A DNA stretch of 46,055 bases, from contig JAIPIE010000001.1 in the NCBI GenBank assembly GCA_021734825.1, forward strand, positions 1-46,055, written 5' to 3'. Positions 19,807 to 29,970 of this stretch are shown in pieces. Positions within the stretch are counted from its first letter, which is position 1; every line of letters begins with the position of its first letter. Both the position numbers and the translations under genes were made by a program. The DNA is from Patescibacteria group bacterium. Lineage in GTDB: Bacteria > Patescibacteriota > Patescibacteriia > Patescibacteriales > UBA12465. The notes under the pieces were generated by a model. That model was not told where the DNA came from. It saw nothing but the letters and a program-made list of their open reading frames with translations, and made no database searches.

Positions 19807-21720
19807 TTTCAAATACTCAAAGATATATATCTTGCCATCATCAAGCTTTTCCCAATAATCGGCACTCATCTTGGCCTCGGCAATAATTTTATCACTTGCC
19901 CACCAGTATTTATTGATAATTAAATACGCGCGATTAACGCCAGTAAAATCCATTGCCCGAAGCATTGTTGAACGATCCGCTTTTTTATAAACCATATCAA
20001 GGTAGTATTGATAAAGCGGCCCGCCGGTGGGAATAGGGTAAAAATAGATGCTTTGATTATTGTTTTCTAAATAACGATTATGAAAACCAAACTCTCGCAA
20101 AGCACCGGCACTCACTTGCTGATCAGCCAGCGCAATGTAGGCTTGACCTTGAGTTCTGTCTTCGGCCAGATGTACGGCTTCAATATCACTGGCAGCCGTT
20201 GAATAACCGCGGGAATTGAAATAATTATCAAAGCGAGGATAGGAGGCGTAAACACTAATAGTGATAAGTAAAGAACTTAGGGCTAATAAAATTATTTTAG
20301 CGGTTTTTGTTTGTTTATAAGCGCGCTGAACAAGGTAATAAAACAATTCCCAATATAGGGGCAACATGAGTATAAGGGCAATAACAGGCAGGCGGGCAGC
20401 GTAATTATCTTGTTCGTAATTAATTAAATTATTAAAACTAAAACCACGACTGATTAGATAGGCGCTGATAGCGGCTAAAACGGCGAGACTGAGCAGTCGG
20501 AGCGAATGCGACTGCTCTAAAGGTCTACTAGGCCATATACGGTGACGCTGGAAAAAGATTAAAATCGCCCCAGTCAGTATTAGCCAGAAATAATTATTGA
20601 TAAAGAAATAAACAAAGTTTAGATAAAAAGATTCTTGGTTTAGAAATAGAGGATTAAGTAGGCTTAAATTATAGCTACTTAGTTTTAGAGAACTGAAGCC
20701 GGCCGCTGCCCAAATACTTAAGCAAAAAGTTAGAAATAAACCGCTAAAAATTATCTCCGGACGCTTAAGCCAGTTTGAGTAAGATTTTTTAATTTTAATT
20801 TGGGGCAATAAATATAAAGCGGCTAGAACCAAGGCAGGAATGCCGCTTAGCGGATGAATGGCAAAAGTTGCAAGAGCAGTGAATAATATTAAAGGCCAAG
20901 AAAAATGTTTGTAAATAAAAATAACAGTAGCGATAAGAAAGAGATAACTGAAATTTTGAGGCGAGCTCATAATAAAAGGAGAAAATCCGAGCAGAAGAAT
21001 CAGGGGGCTACTGAGCCAAGCCATTCTCTTGTCGGTGCGTGCAGGGAATAAATAAAAAATTAATTGCGGCAAGAGTAGGGCGGAGCTTAAGGGTACGAGC
21101 CATTGATTTAAAAAACTTAAACTCAGGCCACTAATTTTATGCAGAAGAATAATGACGCTGTATTGCCCGAGATAGTAGGGAGTTTTGGGAAGAATAAAAC
21201 CATATTTATTAATTTCCGATATAGCCGCTTGATGGATAAAAGGGTCAAAACCGTAGCCGAGTCGATAGATAATCGCGGCCACGCTAAAAATACTTAAGTA
21301 GTAGAAGCTTAGTAATATTTTTTTATAAATACTAGCAGCCGATTGGCTTAGAGCTAAAATTAGAGTTATGCTTGCTAAAGCAATCGCCACAAAAAACCAG
21401 GGGTTTATTAATGTCCAAGGGGAAATAATCGCTTGGTCAGTTCTGGCTTGAAAAGCGAAAGTTAGAGCAAGGGCAAGTCCAATGACGCTGATTAGTGTGG
21501 GGACCAAGAATTTAAGACTGATTTTATAATTTTGGATAAGTGATGTTTTTTTAATTTTGGCTTGTAGTCCCCAGTATAATAAAGCGGCTATTACTAGACT
21601 AGCAAGCAGGCCGATGATATTTAAGGCGTATAAAAAATAGACCAGGGCGCTGGCACTAATAAATAGGCATAAGAATAGCCAAAAAGAGGGAAAACTTAGT
21701 TCAAAATTAATCTTTTTCAT
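19804..21720 (-). CDS. Large polytopic membrane protein (638 aa from the ATG at 21720), putative GT-C-fold glycosyltransferase with a C-terminal soluble domain
   Basis: About 14 hydrophobic segments over about 500 aa, then a soluble domain of about 140 aa. I prefer the ATG at 21720 (MKKINFEL...) to the TTG at 21738. The family call rests on architecture only. Confidence 0.6.
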   Translation of the reverse strand: MKKINFELSFPSFWLFLCLFISASALVYFLYALNIIGLLASLVIAALLYWGLQAKIKKTSLIQNYKISLKFLVPTLISVIGLALALTFAFQARTDQAIISPWTLINPWFFVAIALASITLILALSQSAASIYKKILLSFYYLSIFSVAAIIYRLGYGFDPFIHQAAISEINKYGFILPKTPYYLGQYSVIILLHKISGLSLSFLNQWLVPLSSALLLPQLIFYLFPARTDKRMAWLSSPLILLLGFSPFIMSSPQNFSYLFLIATVIFIYKHFSWPLILFTALATFAIHPLSGIPALVLAALYLLPQIKIKKSYSNWLKRPEIIFSGLFLTFCLSIWAAAGFSSLKLSSYNLSLLNPLFLNQESFYLNFVYFFINNYFWLILTGAILIFFQRHRIWPSRPLEQSHSLRLLSLAVLAAISAYLISRGFSFNNLINYEQDNYAARLPVIALILMLPLYWELFYYLVQRAYKQTKTAKIILLALSSLLITISVYASYPRFDNYFNSRGYSTAASDIEAVHLAEDRTQGQAYIALADQQVSAGALREFGFHNRYLENNNQSIYFYPIPTGGPLYQYYLDMVYKKADRSTMLRAMDFTGVNRAYLIINKYWWASDKIIAEAKMSADYWEKLDDGKIYIFEYLK

Positions 21721-21812
21721 ATACTTACATAATAGCAAATTCTTGCTTATTCGGACAATTTTGGCTACTATTAAAATGAGATAAACCTATATTATAGTTT
21801 AGTTTATTTAAT

Positions 21813-23651
21813 ATGAAATTTCGCTGGTTTTCCAGAAATTTGCAGATTATTTTAGTGCTCTTAATTGCGGCAGTTTTTTTTGTGGCAACTTCAGCTTTTA
21901 ATTACAGTACTCAGGAAGCGGGTTATGTGAAGTTTTTATCACCAGATGAGACCGCCAACTATTTTTTTGCTCGTCAGTACGCTCAGAACGGACAAATTGC
22001 CGTTTTTGAGCCGGCTAATTTAGTAGCTAAAGAGGTCGTTCATCCGCGTAGCCTTCGCAGTGATCACGGCTGGTTAAAGCCAGTGAGCTTTATTGGCATA
22101 ATTTTGGTTTATGGAAAGATTGCTTCTTATTTAGGTCTTGCAGTCATTCCTTATTTAACGCCATTTTTTGCTGCACTTGGTATTATATTTTTCTATTTTT
22201 TAGTTAAACGTTTTTTGGGCGATAAAGTTGCTCTTGTCTCAGCTCTACTGCTTGCTGCCTTTCCAGTCTATTTCTTTTATACAGCCCGAAGCATGTTTCA
22301 TAACTTGTTGTTTATCGTTTTTCTACTCGGCTTTTTCTTATTTGTCAGTTTAAGTATTATTCCGGCTGATACTTGGCAGCAAATCAAGAAATCAAGAAAG
22401 TTTTGGCATTTACATATTTCTAAAAAAGAAGCTTTAAGTTATTTAACAGCCTTTATGGCTGGCCTAATGTTAGGCGGAGCGGTTTCAGCACGAACGTCTG
22501 AATTGTTGTGGTTAGCGCCGACTTTATTTGTTCTTTGGCTTTTTTATGTGCGCCGTCTTGCTTTAACTAGATTAATTTTAATTACCGCCGGTTTTATTTT
22601 GGCGATTATGCCCTTATTGTATTGGAATCAGATTTTATATTCCTCACCTTTTTTTGGTGGTTACGGTGAAATGAATCGCTCCATTGTGCAGTTATCACAG
22701 GCCGGCGGACAGTTTGTGCAATCAACGGTGACTGGTCATTTTGCGCAGTATAAAACAGCCTTGAATACGATTTGGCAGAATGTTTTTTACTTTGGCTATC
22801 ATCCTCGTCAGTCTTTATGGATGTTTTATCATTATGTTCTTGCTATGTTCCCAATACTTTGTAGTTTAACTTTATTAGGCGGAATATTTTTGTTATTTAA
22901 GTTGGCAAAAAAACAAAAACGTTGGATTTATGCCTATTTAGCTACTTGGCTGACACTCTCAGCGATTTTAGTTTTATACTATGGCAGTTGGAAGTTTAAT
23001 GATAATCCGGATCCAACTCGTTTTACGATTGGTAATTCTTATACTCGTTATTGGTTACCCCTTTATATCATGGCTATTCCTTTAGCGGCTCTAGCTATAA
23101 CTTCAATGGCTAAGACATTATCTAAAATCATGTCAATGGGAGCTGATTTTGAATGGTTCCATAGAGTTAGACACTTATTAGCAGTTAATTGGACGATTGT
23201 AATTAGTGGGGCTTTAGTCTTTATTTTTGTCACGTTTACCTTATTTGGTTCGGAGGAAGGTTTGGCGATTTTATATTATAATCATTTCAGCGATCGCAAT
23301 AATACTTTAGCAATTTTACAGCAAACGGAAAGTAATTCTATTATTATTACACAATATCATGATAAACAACTCTTTCCGGAGCGTCGTGTAATTAATGCCT
23401 TGCTGACTAATAATGAAGTTAATGATAGTGTCGGTAAATTACTAGAATATTATCCTGTTTATTACTATAATTTTTTCTTACCTTCTAAGGACTTACAATA
23501 TTTAAATGAACGTCGCTTACTGCCATACGGTTTCAATATTAATTTAATTGAACGTCGAGGAGCCTTTGGTTTGTATCGCTTAGAGACAAATTTGTCGCCA
23601 CTCAATACTGTAATTTCTAGTAGTAGCGCCTTAATGATCAGTGAGGACTAG
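21813..23651 (+). CDS. ArnT/PMT-like (GT39/GT83-type) GT-C glycosyltransferase, 612 aa
   Basis: A polytopic protein. The first extracytoplasmic loop carries FLSPDETANYFFARQY, with a D-E pair (D45, E46) followed by an aromatic/Ala pattern as in polyprenyl-phosphate-sugar-dependent GT-C enzymes. Confidence 0.6.
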   Translation: MKFRWFSRNLQIILVLLIAAVFFVATSAFNYSTQEAGYVKFLSPDETANYFFARQYAQNGQIAVFEPANLVAKEVVHPRSLRSDHGWLKPVSFIGIILVYGKIASYLGLAVIPYLTPFFAALGIIFFYFLVKRFLGDKVALVSALLLAAFPVYFFYTARSMFHNLLFIVFLLGFFLFVSLSIIPADTWQQIKKSRKFWHLHISKKEALSYLTAFMAGLMLGGAVSARTSELLWLAPTLFVLWLFYVRRLALTRLILITAGFILAIMPLLYWNQILYSSPFFGGYGEMNRSIVQLSQAGGQFVQSTVTGHFAQYKTALNTIWQNVFYFGYHPRQSLWMFYHYVLAMFPILCSLTLLGGIFLLFKLAKKQKRWIYAYLATWLTLSAILVLYYGSWKFNDNPDPTRFTIGNSYTRYWLPLYIMAIPLAALAITSMAKTLSKIMSMGADFEWFHRVRHLLAVNWTIVISGALVFIFVTFTLFGSEEGLAILYYNHFSDRNNTLAILQQTESNSIIITQYHDKQLFPERRVINALLTNNEVNDSVGKLLEYYPVYYYNFFLPSKDLQYLNERRLLPYGFNINLIERRGAFGLYRLETNLSPLNTVISSSSALMISED

Positions 23652-23667
23652 GGATATCAATAAAATT

Positions 23668-24969
23668 ATGACTTATCATATAATCACTATCGGTTGTCAG
23701 ATGAATAAAGCCGACAGCGAACGTATCGCTGCTTTTTTGGAAGGGCTGGCTTATAAAAATCAGGCTGACTGGCATAAAGCGGATTTAATCATTCTCACAA
23801 CCTGCGGTATTCGCCAATCAGCCGAGGATAGAGTCTATGGCCTCGTTGGACGCATGCGTAAATTTAATCCTAAAGCCAAGATTGTAATTACGGGCTGTTT
23901 AGCTAATCGTCAGGATGTTCAGAAACGTTTAAATAATATGGTTAATTTATTTATGCCTATAAATAAATTGCCTAATATTTTAGAATTATTGAATAAATCT
24001 CGTATTGATAACACTTTGAGTGCAGATGAGCTGCAAAAAATAAGTGGGGAAAAATATCTAACAATTCAGCCTAAATACGAGAGTAATTTTAGTGCCTATG
24101 TGCCGATTGGTAATGGTTGCAATAACTTTTGTTCCTATTGTGTCGTCCCTTACGCTCGTGGGCGAGAGGTTTATCGTCCGGCCGTTGATATTGTGGCGGA
24201 AGCAAGGGGTTTAATTAAACGGGGCTATAAGGAAATTATTTTAATTGCACAAAATGTTAATAGCTATAAAAGTGCGAGCACGGATTTTCCTAAATTATTG
24301 TCTAAGCTTGCCGCTCTGCCAGGTGATTTTTTCTTACGTTTTTCTTCCAGCCACCCTAAAGATTTATCTGCTGATTTAATTAGGGTCCTAGCCTCTTCAC
24401 CCAAGATTTGCGAGCATTTGCATGTGGCGGTGCAATCAGGTGATGACGATATTTTAAAAGCGATGAATCGTAAATATACAGCTGCTCATTTTCGCTCCTT
24501 AATTAAAAAAATTAGAAAAGTTAAGCCAGGAATTGCCATCACTACCGATGTGATTGTTGGCTTCCCTGGAGAAACAAAAAAACAATTTCAAAATACGGTG
24601 AAATTGTTTAAAGAAATGAATTTTGAGATGGCTTATATTTCCTGCTATAGTCCCAGGCCAGGAACTGTTTCTTGGAATATGAAAGATGATGTGAGCAGGG
24701 AAGAAAAGAAACGTCGGGAAAAAGTGTTGACAGAGATTATAGTGCGTAGTAGTGATAAGATAAATAAGACTTATTTGGGCAAGGAAATTACAGTCTTAGT
24801 AGAAGGAATGAATAAAAAAAATAAATATTATGGTAAAAGTTCAAGTTTTAAGACCATTAGATTTACTGCCCCTGAAGATATGAGCTCAGAAGAAATTATT
24901 GGTAATTTTGTAAAAGTTAAAATTCAAAAAGTAGTAAAGAATAATTTGGAGGGGGAATTAGTAAAATAA
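23668..24969 (+). CDS. miaB: tRNA-2-methylthio-N6-dimethylallyladenosine synthase MiaB (radical SAM methylthiotransferase)
   Basis: An N-terminal UPF0004 domain (YHIITIGCQMNKADSE), the radical SAM motif CNNFCSYC, and a C-terminal TRAM domain. The start is moved to the ATG at 23668. Confidence 0.93.
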   Translation: MTYHIITIGCQMNKADSERIAAFLEGLAYKNQADWHKADLIILTTCGIRQSAEDRVYGLVGRMRKFNPKAKIVITGCLANRQDVQKRLNNMVNLFMPINKLPNILELLNKSRIDNTLSADELQKISGEKYLTIQPKYESNFSAYVPIGNGCNNFCSYCVVPYARGREVYRPAVDIVAEARGLIKRGYKEIILIAQNVNSYKSASTDFPKLLSKLAALPGDFFLRFSSSHPKDLSADLIRVLASSPKICEHLHVAVQSGDDDILKAMNRKYTAAHFRSLIKKIRKVKPGIAITTDVIVGFPGETKKQFQNTVKLFKEMNFEMAYISCYSPRPGTVSWNMKDDVSREEKKRREKVLTEIIVRSSDKINKTYLGKEITVLVEGMNKKNKYYGKSSSFKTIRFTAPEDMSSEEIIGNFVKVKIQKVVKNNLEGELVK

Positions 24970-24971
24970 AA

Positions 24972-25898
24972 ATGACAAAAAATAAGAAAAAATTAGTCTT
25001 AGTTATTCTTGGTCCGACTGCCTCCGGTAAGACGGCTTTAGGGGTACACTTGGCAGCTAAGTTTCAGGGTGAAATTGTTTCAGCTGATAGTCGTCAGGTC
25101 TATCAAGGTATGGATATTGGTACGGGTAAGGACCTGAACGAATATAAAGTTGCGCGCAAAAAAATCCCTTATCATTTAATTGATGTTGTCAGTCCCAAGG
25201 ATGATTTTAATGTAGCGAAATATAAAAAGCTGGCTCTTGCTGCTATCTCTGATATCATCACACGCTCTAAGTTGCCGATTATTGTTGGGGGCACCGGCCT
25301 ATATTTACAAGCCCTTGTTGATAATTATGATTTAAGCCCAATAAGACCAAATTTAACGAAACGTAAAGAATTAGAGGCTTTAAGTCGTGAAGATTTATTC
25401 TTACGTTTAGAAAAATTAAAACCAGAATTTGCGCATAAGCTGAATAATAGTGATAAACATAATCCCCGCCGTTTAGTGCGCTATCTAGAAATTTTAGAAC
25501 AGGGCGGAAAGTTATCGGGCAAGCAAGACTCAGATTATAATTTTTTGCTGATTGGTCTAGATTTTCCCGACGAAATTTTGCGGGAGCGGATTGTTAAACG
25601 TATTAAAGATCGTTTAGACAACGAGGGAATGGTGGACGAAGTGCGTCGTTTAAATGACGAAGGTGTGAGTTGGGAACGTTTAATTTCTTTCGGTTTGGAA
25701 TATAAATTTATTAGTTATTATTTACTTGAACGTCTTAATTATGAAGAAATGATTCAGAAATTAAGCGACGCTTCCTATCGCTTCGCTAAGCGTCAAAAGA
25801 CTTGGTTTAAACGCTGGGAGGGACAGGGGCGGGAAATACATTGGTTAAAAGACGAAAAAGAGGCGGAAATGCTGATAAATCAAACAGAAAGCGATTAG
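24972..25898 (+). CDS. miaA: tRNA dimethylallyltransferase MiaA
   Basis: P-loop GPTASGKT plus SADSRQVYQGMDIGTGK, the MiaA signature. Adjacent to miaB. Confidence 0.95.
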   Translation: MTKNKKKLVLVILGPTASGKTALGVHLAAKFQGEIVSADSRQVYQGMDIGTGKDLNEYKVARKKIPYHLIDVVSPKDDFNVAKYKKLALAAISDIITRSKLPIIVGGTGLYLQALVDNYDLSPIRPNLTKRKELEALSREDLFLRLEKLKPEFAHKLNNSDKHNPRRLVRYLEILEQGGKLSGKQDSDYNFLLIGLDFPDEILRERIVKRIKDRLDNEGMVDEVRRLNDEGVSWERLISFGLEYKFISYYLLERLNYEEMIQKLSDASYRFAKRQKTWFKRWEGQGREIHWLKDEKEAEMLINQTESD

Positions 25899-25973
25899 TT
25901 AATCAGCTTGTGTCAGCCTATCTCTAATAATTAAAATAATAATTTTGAATTGATAATAAGTCGCGATGTAATT

Positions 25974-26951
25974 ATGCAAAATTTTTGGCAACAATTAAAT
26001 AAGCCTATATTAGCCCTAGCGCCCATGTGTGGTGTTACTGATTTGCCTTTTCGTTTGATGTGTAAAAAATTGGGAGCGGATGTAGTTTATACAGAAATGA
26101 TTATGGTCCAGTCTTTAGTGAGAAAAAACCCTAGTGCTTTGCGTTTAGCGGAGCTAGTGGACGATGAAAAGCCAGTGGTTGTTCAACTAGGAGGCAAAGA
26201 ACCAGAATATTTTAAAGAGTCGGCTAAAATTGCTAAAGAATTAGGCGCTAGTGGAATTGATATTAATTTTGGCTGCCCGGCTAAAAAAATAGCTGGTAAT
26301 GATAGCGGGGTTGCGCTTTTGCGTAATCTGCCTTTAGCTAGAGAAATTATTGTTCAAACAATTGCGGGGGCCGGCGGTTTGCCTGTCTCCATTAAGACTA
26401 GAACGAGTATTAAAATGAAAGATGGTAGCCTTCAAACCAGCTTGGATTTGTTAGAATATGTTAAAGATTTGCCCATTGCCGCTGTCATGATTCATGGTCG
26501 CTCTTTTGAGGCGCCATGGATTGAAGGGGTGGACTATGATTATATTAGAAAAGTTAAAGAAAAATTTAAAGGTATTGTTTTAGCTAATGGCGGCATTTAT
26601 GAACCAGAAAAGGCTAAGGAGGCCTTAGTGATCAGTCAAGCTAACGGTCTTGGTATTGGCCATGGCGTCTATGGCCGTCCTTGGATTTTTCAAGAGATTA
26701 AAGACTATCTTCAAACTGGAAAATATACAACCAAGACTTGGGCCGAGAAAAAAGCAATCGCCTTAGAACATCTTGAACTCGTTTATAATATAAAAGGAGA
26801 ACTGGGCTTGCCAGAATTTAAAAAACAATTGCTTTGGTATATTAAAGGTCTGCCGGGAGCTTCTGCTTACCGAGAAAAGATGTCGCAGATAAATAAGCTG
26901 GAAGATTTTAAACAAGCCCTCCTTGATTTCCCCGATGAAATTGAGAGCTAA
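25974..26951 (+). CDS. dus: tRNA-dihydrouridine synthase
   Basis: LAPMCGVTDLPFR, INFGCPAKK (catalytic Cys) and a TIM-barrel pattern. I prefer the ATG at 25974 to the TTG at 25950. Confidence 0.9.
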   Translation: MQNFWQQLNKPILALAPMCGVTDLPFRLMCKKLGADVVYTEMIMVQSLVRKNPSALRLAELVDDEKPVVVQLGGKEPEYFKESAKIAKELGASGIDINFGCPAKKIAGNDSGVALLRNLPLAREIIVQTIAGAGGLPVSIKTRTSIKMKDGSLQTSLDLLEYVKDLPIAAVMIHGRSFEAPWIEGVDYDYIRKVKEKFKGIVLANGGIYEPEKAKEALVISQANGLGIGHGVYGRPWIFQEIKDYLQTGKYTTKTWAEKKAIALEHLELVYNIKGELGLPEFKKQLLWYIKGLPGASAYREKMSQINKLEDFKQALLDFPDEIES

Positions 26952-26962
26952 GATTTCTTATC

Positions 26963-26994
26963 AAAAAACGACCGTTTTTATTTGGTCGTTTTTG
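26963..26994. terminator. Bidirectional intrinsic terminator (aaaaaacgacc-N10-ggtcgttttt)
   Basis: A stem flanked by A- and T-tracts between the convergent genes dus and gatB. Confidence 0.8.
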
Positions 26995-27006
26995 TTTAGC
27001 TTGAGC

Positions 27007-28515
27007 TTATTCACTTAATATTTTTTCCAGCATTAATTTGAGTTTTTCCGGATTAGCCTTACCTTTGGTTTCCGCCATTACCTTACCAACGAAAAATTGA
27101 ATTAAGGGTAATTTGCCGGCCTTATATTCTTGGGCTTGCTTGGGGTTAGCTTTAATCACATCCCTTATCGCCTTTTCTAGTTCTTCATCATTATCCAGTT
27201 GTTCAAGACCGAGTTTCTCCATAATATCGGTTGGATCGCCGCCCTCCCAATACATAATTTCCATGATTCTTTGTCCAGCATTGGAATTAATTTTATTTTG
27301 CCAGATTAAAGCTAATAGTTCAGCAAAATTCTCGGCCGTCATTTTTAAATTGGCAGCGCTTCTTTTATCAGTATTTAAATTCTTTAAAAGTTCGCTGATA
27401 ATCCAATTGGCGGCCATTTGAGCGGCATTTTTATCTTGGCGCTCAAAATCATCGCCGTTAGCTTCAATCCAGGCGCCCATTTCCGAAACTACATTTTCAA
27501 AAAAAGCAGACAAATCTTTATCATTGGCAATTGTTTCAGCGCTAGCAGCTTTGAGGCCGTATTGTTTTTGAAAGCGTTTTTTCTTGGTGGCTGGCAATTC
27601 CACTAAACTTTGTTTAAGACTTTTTATCCAAGCGTCATCAATAATAATTGGTGGAATATCTGGTTCAGGGAAGTAGCGATAATCAGCGGCGCTTTCTTTG
27701 CGGCGCTGAGCGACGGTTTCATTTTTCTTTTCATCCCAACCCCTTGTTTCCGGAATAATTTCTTCTTTATTATCTAAAGCAATGCTCTGTCGCTCTATTT
27801 CGTAATTAATTGCCTTTTCTACCGAACGAAATGAATTGATATTTTTAACCTCTACTTTCGCGTTTAGTTTCTTTTTGCCTGTTTGTATAATCAAGCCGTC
27901 TTTATATTCCCAATTGCCTTTTTTCTGTAAACTAATATTTGCTTCACAGCGCATTTCTCCTTTTTCCATATCAGCGTTGCTTACTTCAAGAAAACGAAGG
28001 ACACGCTGATAGGCCTGGCAAAAACTCTTGGCTTCCTCGGCACTGGCAATTACCGGTTCAGTCACTAATTCAACTAAGGGTGTACCGGCACGATTGAAAT
28101 CAATTAAAGTATCTTTGCTACCTTGAGGATGAAAAGACTTACCCGTGTCTTCTTCTAGGTGAATGCGGGTGATGGCAATTTCTTTATCGCCCACAGCTAA
28201 ACTCCCCTGATAGCAGAAGGGCTGATCATATTGAGAAATCTGATAACCCTTAGGGAGGTCAGGGTAGAAATAATTTTTGCGGTCAAATTTTGAATTGCGG
28301 TTAATCTGACAATCAAGAGCTAGACCGATAAGCAGGGTCCAGTCAATCGCTTGCTTATTTGGTACGGGTAAGGTGCCGGGATGACCAAGACAAATCGGAC
28401 AGACCGTAGTGTTGGCCGCCTTACCCTCAGAATCATTATTACAAGAGCAAAACATTTTGCTTTTTGTTTTTAGTTCGGCGTGGATTTCCAGGCCGATGAT
28501 AATATCGTATTTCAT
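27007..28515 (-). CDS. gatB: Asp-tRNA(Asn)/Glu-tRNA(Gln) amidotransferase subunit B
   Basis: IIGLEIHAELKTKSKMFC..., CPICLGHPGTLP and a C-terminal YqeY-like tail. gatA and gatC are not adjacent. Confidence 0.96.
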   Translation of the reverse strand: MKYDIIIGLEIHAELKTKSKMFCSCNNDSEGKAANTTVCPICLGHPGTLPVPNKQAIDWTLLIGLALDCQINRNSKFDRKNYFYPDLPKGYQISQYDQPFCYQGSLAVGDKEIAITRIHLEEDTGKSFHPQGSKDTLIDFNRAGTPLVELVTEPVIASAEEAKSFCQAYQRVLRFLEVSNADMEKGEMRCEANISLQKKGNWEYKDGLIIQTGKKKLNAKVEVKNINSFRSVEKAINYEIERQSIALDNKEEIIPETRGWDEKKNETVAQRRKESAADYRYFPEPDIPPIIIDDAWIKSLKQSLVELPATKKKRFQKQYGLKAASAETIANDKDLSAFFENVVSEMGAWIEANGDDFERQDKNAAQMAANWIISELLKNLNTDKRSAANLKMTAENFAELLALIWQNKINSNAGQRIMEIMYWEGGDPTDIMEKLGLEQLDNDEELEKAIRDVIKANPKQAQEYKAGKLPLIQFFVGKVMAETKGKANPEKLKLMLEKILSE

Positions 28516-28571
28516 ATATCTCTATTTTAACGGAAAATGTGTATTCAGGAAAGTATTTTACGAGTTTATAA

Positions 28572-28592
28572 GAAAAAAGCCCCAAAAGGGGC
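28572..28592 (-). terminator. Intrinsic terminator of the thymidylate operon (GCCCC-UUUU-GGGGC + UUUUUU on the minus strand)
   Basis: A perfect 5-bp GC stem followed by a U-run on the - strand, 8 nt after the tmk-dut stop. Confidence 0.8.
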
Positions 28593-28599
28593 AATAATC

Positions 28600-29970
28600 T
28601 TAGAAAAGTCCGGTACTGCCGAAGCCGTTTTCACCACGTTCACCTTCGTTTTTAACCGGACCTTCTTTAATAATGGGAGTATCAATTTTTTGAATAAGTA
28701 GTTGAGCGATTTTTTGACCAGTCTGAATATGATAAATATCTTCACTTAAATTTTTGAAAACAACTTTAATTTCACCCCGGTAACTAGAATCAATTACTCC
28801 GCCTAAGGTGGTAAAACCTTGACTAGCTAAACCACTTTTGTCCCAAATTAAACCGACATAGCCAGCCGGTATAGCCATTTTAATGCCAGTTGGTATTGAA
28901 TCTTGACCGTAAGCAGGGATGGAGCAGTTTTCAGCGGCATAAAGATCGAGTCCGGCATCACTAGAATGAGAACGAGAGGGTAGCTTAGCATTTGAACTTA
29001 AGCGTTCCACGGTGATTTCTTGAAGAATTTCATTATTAGAGACAGGCTTTATGTCGGCGACTGGAGAGATATTCTCATTTTCACTACCTATACTCACATT
29101 TCCCTCTACATCTTCAGGATGAGCGGCCAGGGCTCTTTCTTGGGAATCTGAAAGGGAATTAGATATTTGTTCAAGGGAAATGCGAGGAGCATTAACCAGT
29201 TCTGGTAAATTTGGGCCAACCTTGCCCTTATTAATTAAAATATCGCTCATTATCTGAAAATCAGGTTTTTTTGGTTCGCTAGAATTACCGCCTAAAATGC
29301 GATTAGTGTGCAGCCAAACAAGATAATGAATATCTTCTCGACTCATAATTTCGCCGTTACGAGTGCATTTGATTAAGCGAAAATCTGCTAAGTTTTGGGC
29401 GATATCAAGGTAAGCTTTCTCGGCTTTTTTTAAGTGTTGAAGATTATCTTCGTGAATATCTTTGGTTTTTCCTTTCCAATCTTCACGTTGACGATTTTGA
29501 GCCATTTTTTGGGAAACGTCAGCTTCAACCTGGAGAATTAGGTATAAATCTGGTTTAGGAATATTGAAAATCTTGTATTCGATTTCACTGAGCCAGTTGA
29601 AAAATAATTTACGTTCTAAGGCATTCTCAATTTTTCCGCCTTGATGAGCAAAGTTAGAGGAAATATAGCGATTAGAGATAACAATTTTTCCCTGTTTTAA
29701 CCATTCACGAATTTGAAAACTTGCATCAAAGCGGTCGACAGCATAAAAGAGTGAGGCGGCATACGGATTTACATCATCAGCGTTGCCATATTTCCCGGAT
29801 AAGTATTCTTCCACCATGCCAGCGGATTTAGTGTTATATTGAGGAAAATCAGCAATTTCAACCTCGTAGCGTTCGGCTACCAGTTTGCTCGCCAAAAGCT
29901 GCAGCTGGGTTGTTTTCCCGGAGCCGTCAGTGCCGTCTATCACGATAAATTTTCCTGAATAATTAGACAT
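28600..29970 (-). CDS. tmk-dut: Fusion protein: thymidylate kinase (N-terminal) + about 90-aa low-complexity linker + dUTPase (C-terminal)
   Basis: The N-terminal about 228 aa carry the Tmk P-loop FIVIDGTDGSGKTT and YAVDRF. The C-terminal 138 aa carry all five Dut motifs (AGLDLYA, DKSGLA, GVIDSSYRGEI, GQKIAQLL, RGENGFGSTG). I prefer the ATG at 29970. An in-frame TTG at 30018 with an AGGAGG about 12 nt upstream is an alternative start. Confidence 0.9.
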   Translation of the reverse strand: MSNYSGKFIVIDGTDGSGKTTQLQLLASKLVAERYEVEIADFPQYNTKSAGMVEEYLSGKYGNADDVNPYAASLFYAVDRFDASFQIREWLKQGKIVISNRYISSNFAHQGGKIENALERKLFFNWLSEIEYKIFNIPKPDLYLILQVEADVSQKMAQNRQREDWKGKTKDIHEDNLQHLKKAEKAYLDIAQNLADFRLIKCTRNGEIMSREDIHYLVWLHTNRILGGNSSEPKKPDFQIMSDILINKGKVGPNLPELVNAPRISLEQISNSLSDSQERALAAHPEDVEGNVSIGSENENISPVADIKPVSNNEILQEITVERLSSNAKLPSRSHSSDAGLDLYAAENCSIPAYGQDSIPTGIKMAIPAGYVGLIWDKSGLASQGFTTLGGVIDSSYRGEIKVVFKNLSEDIYHIQTGQKIAQLLIQKIDTPIIKEGPVKNEGERGENGFGSTGLF

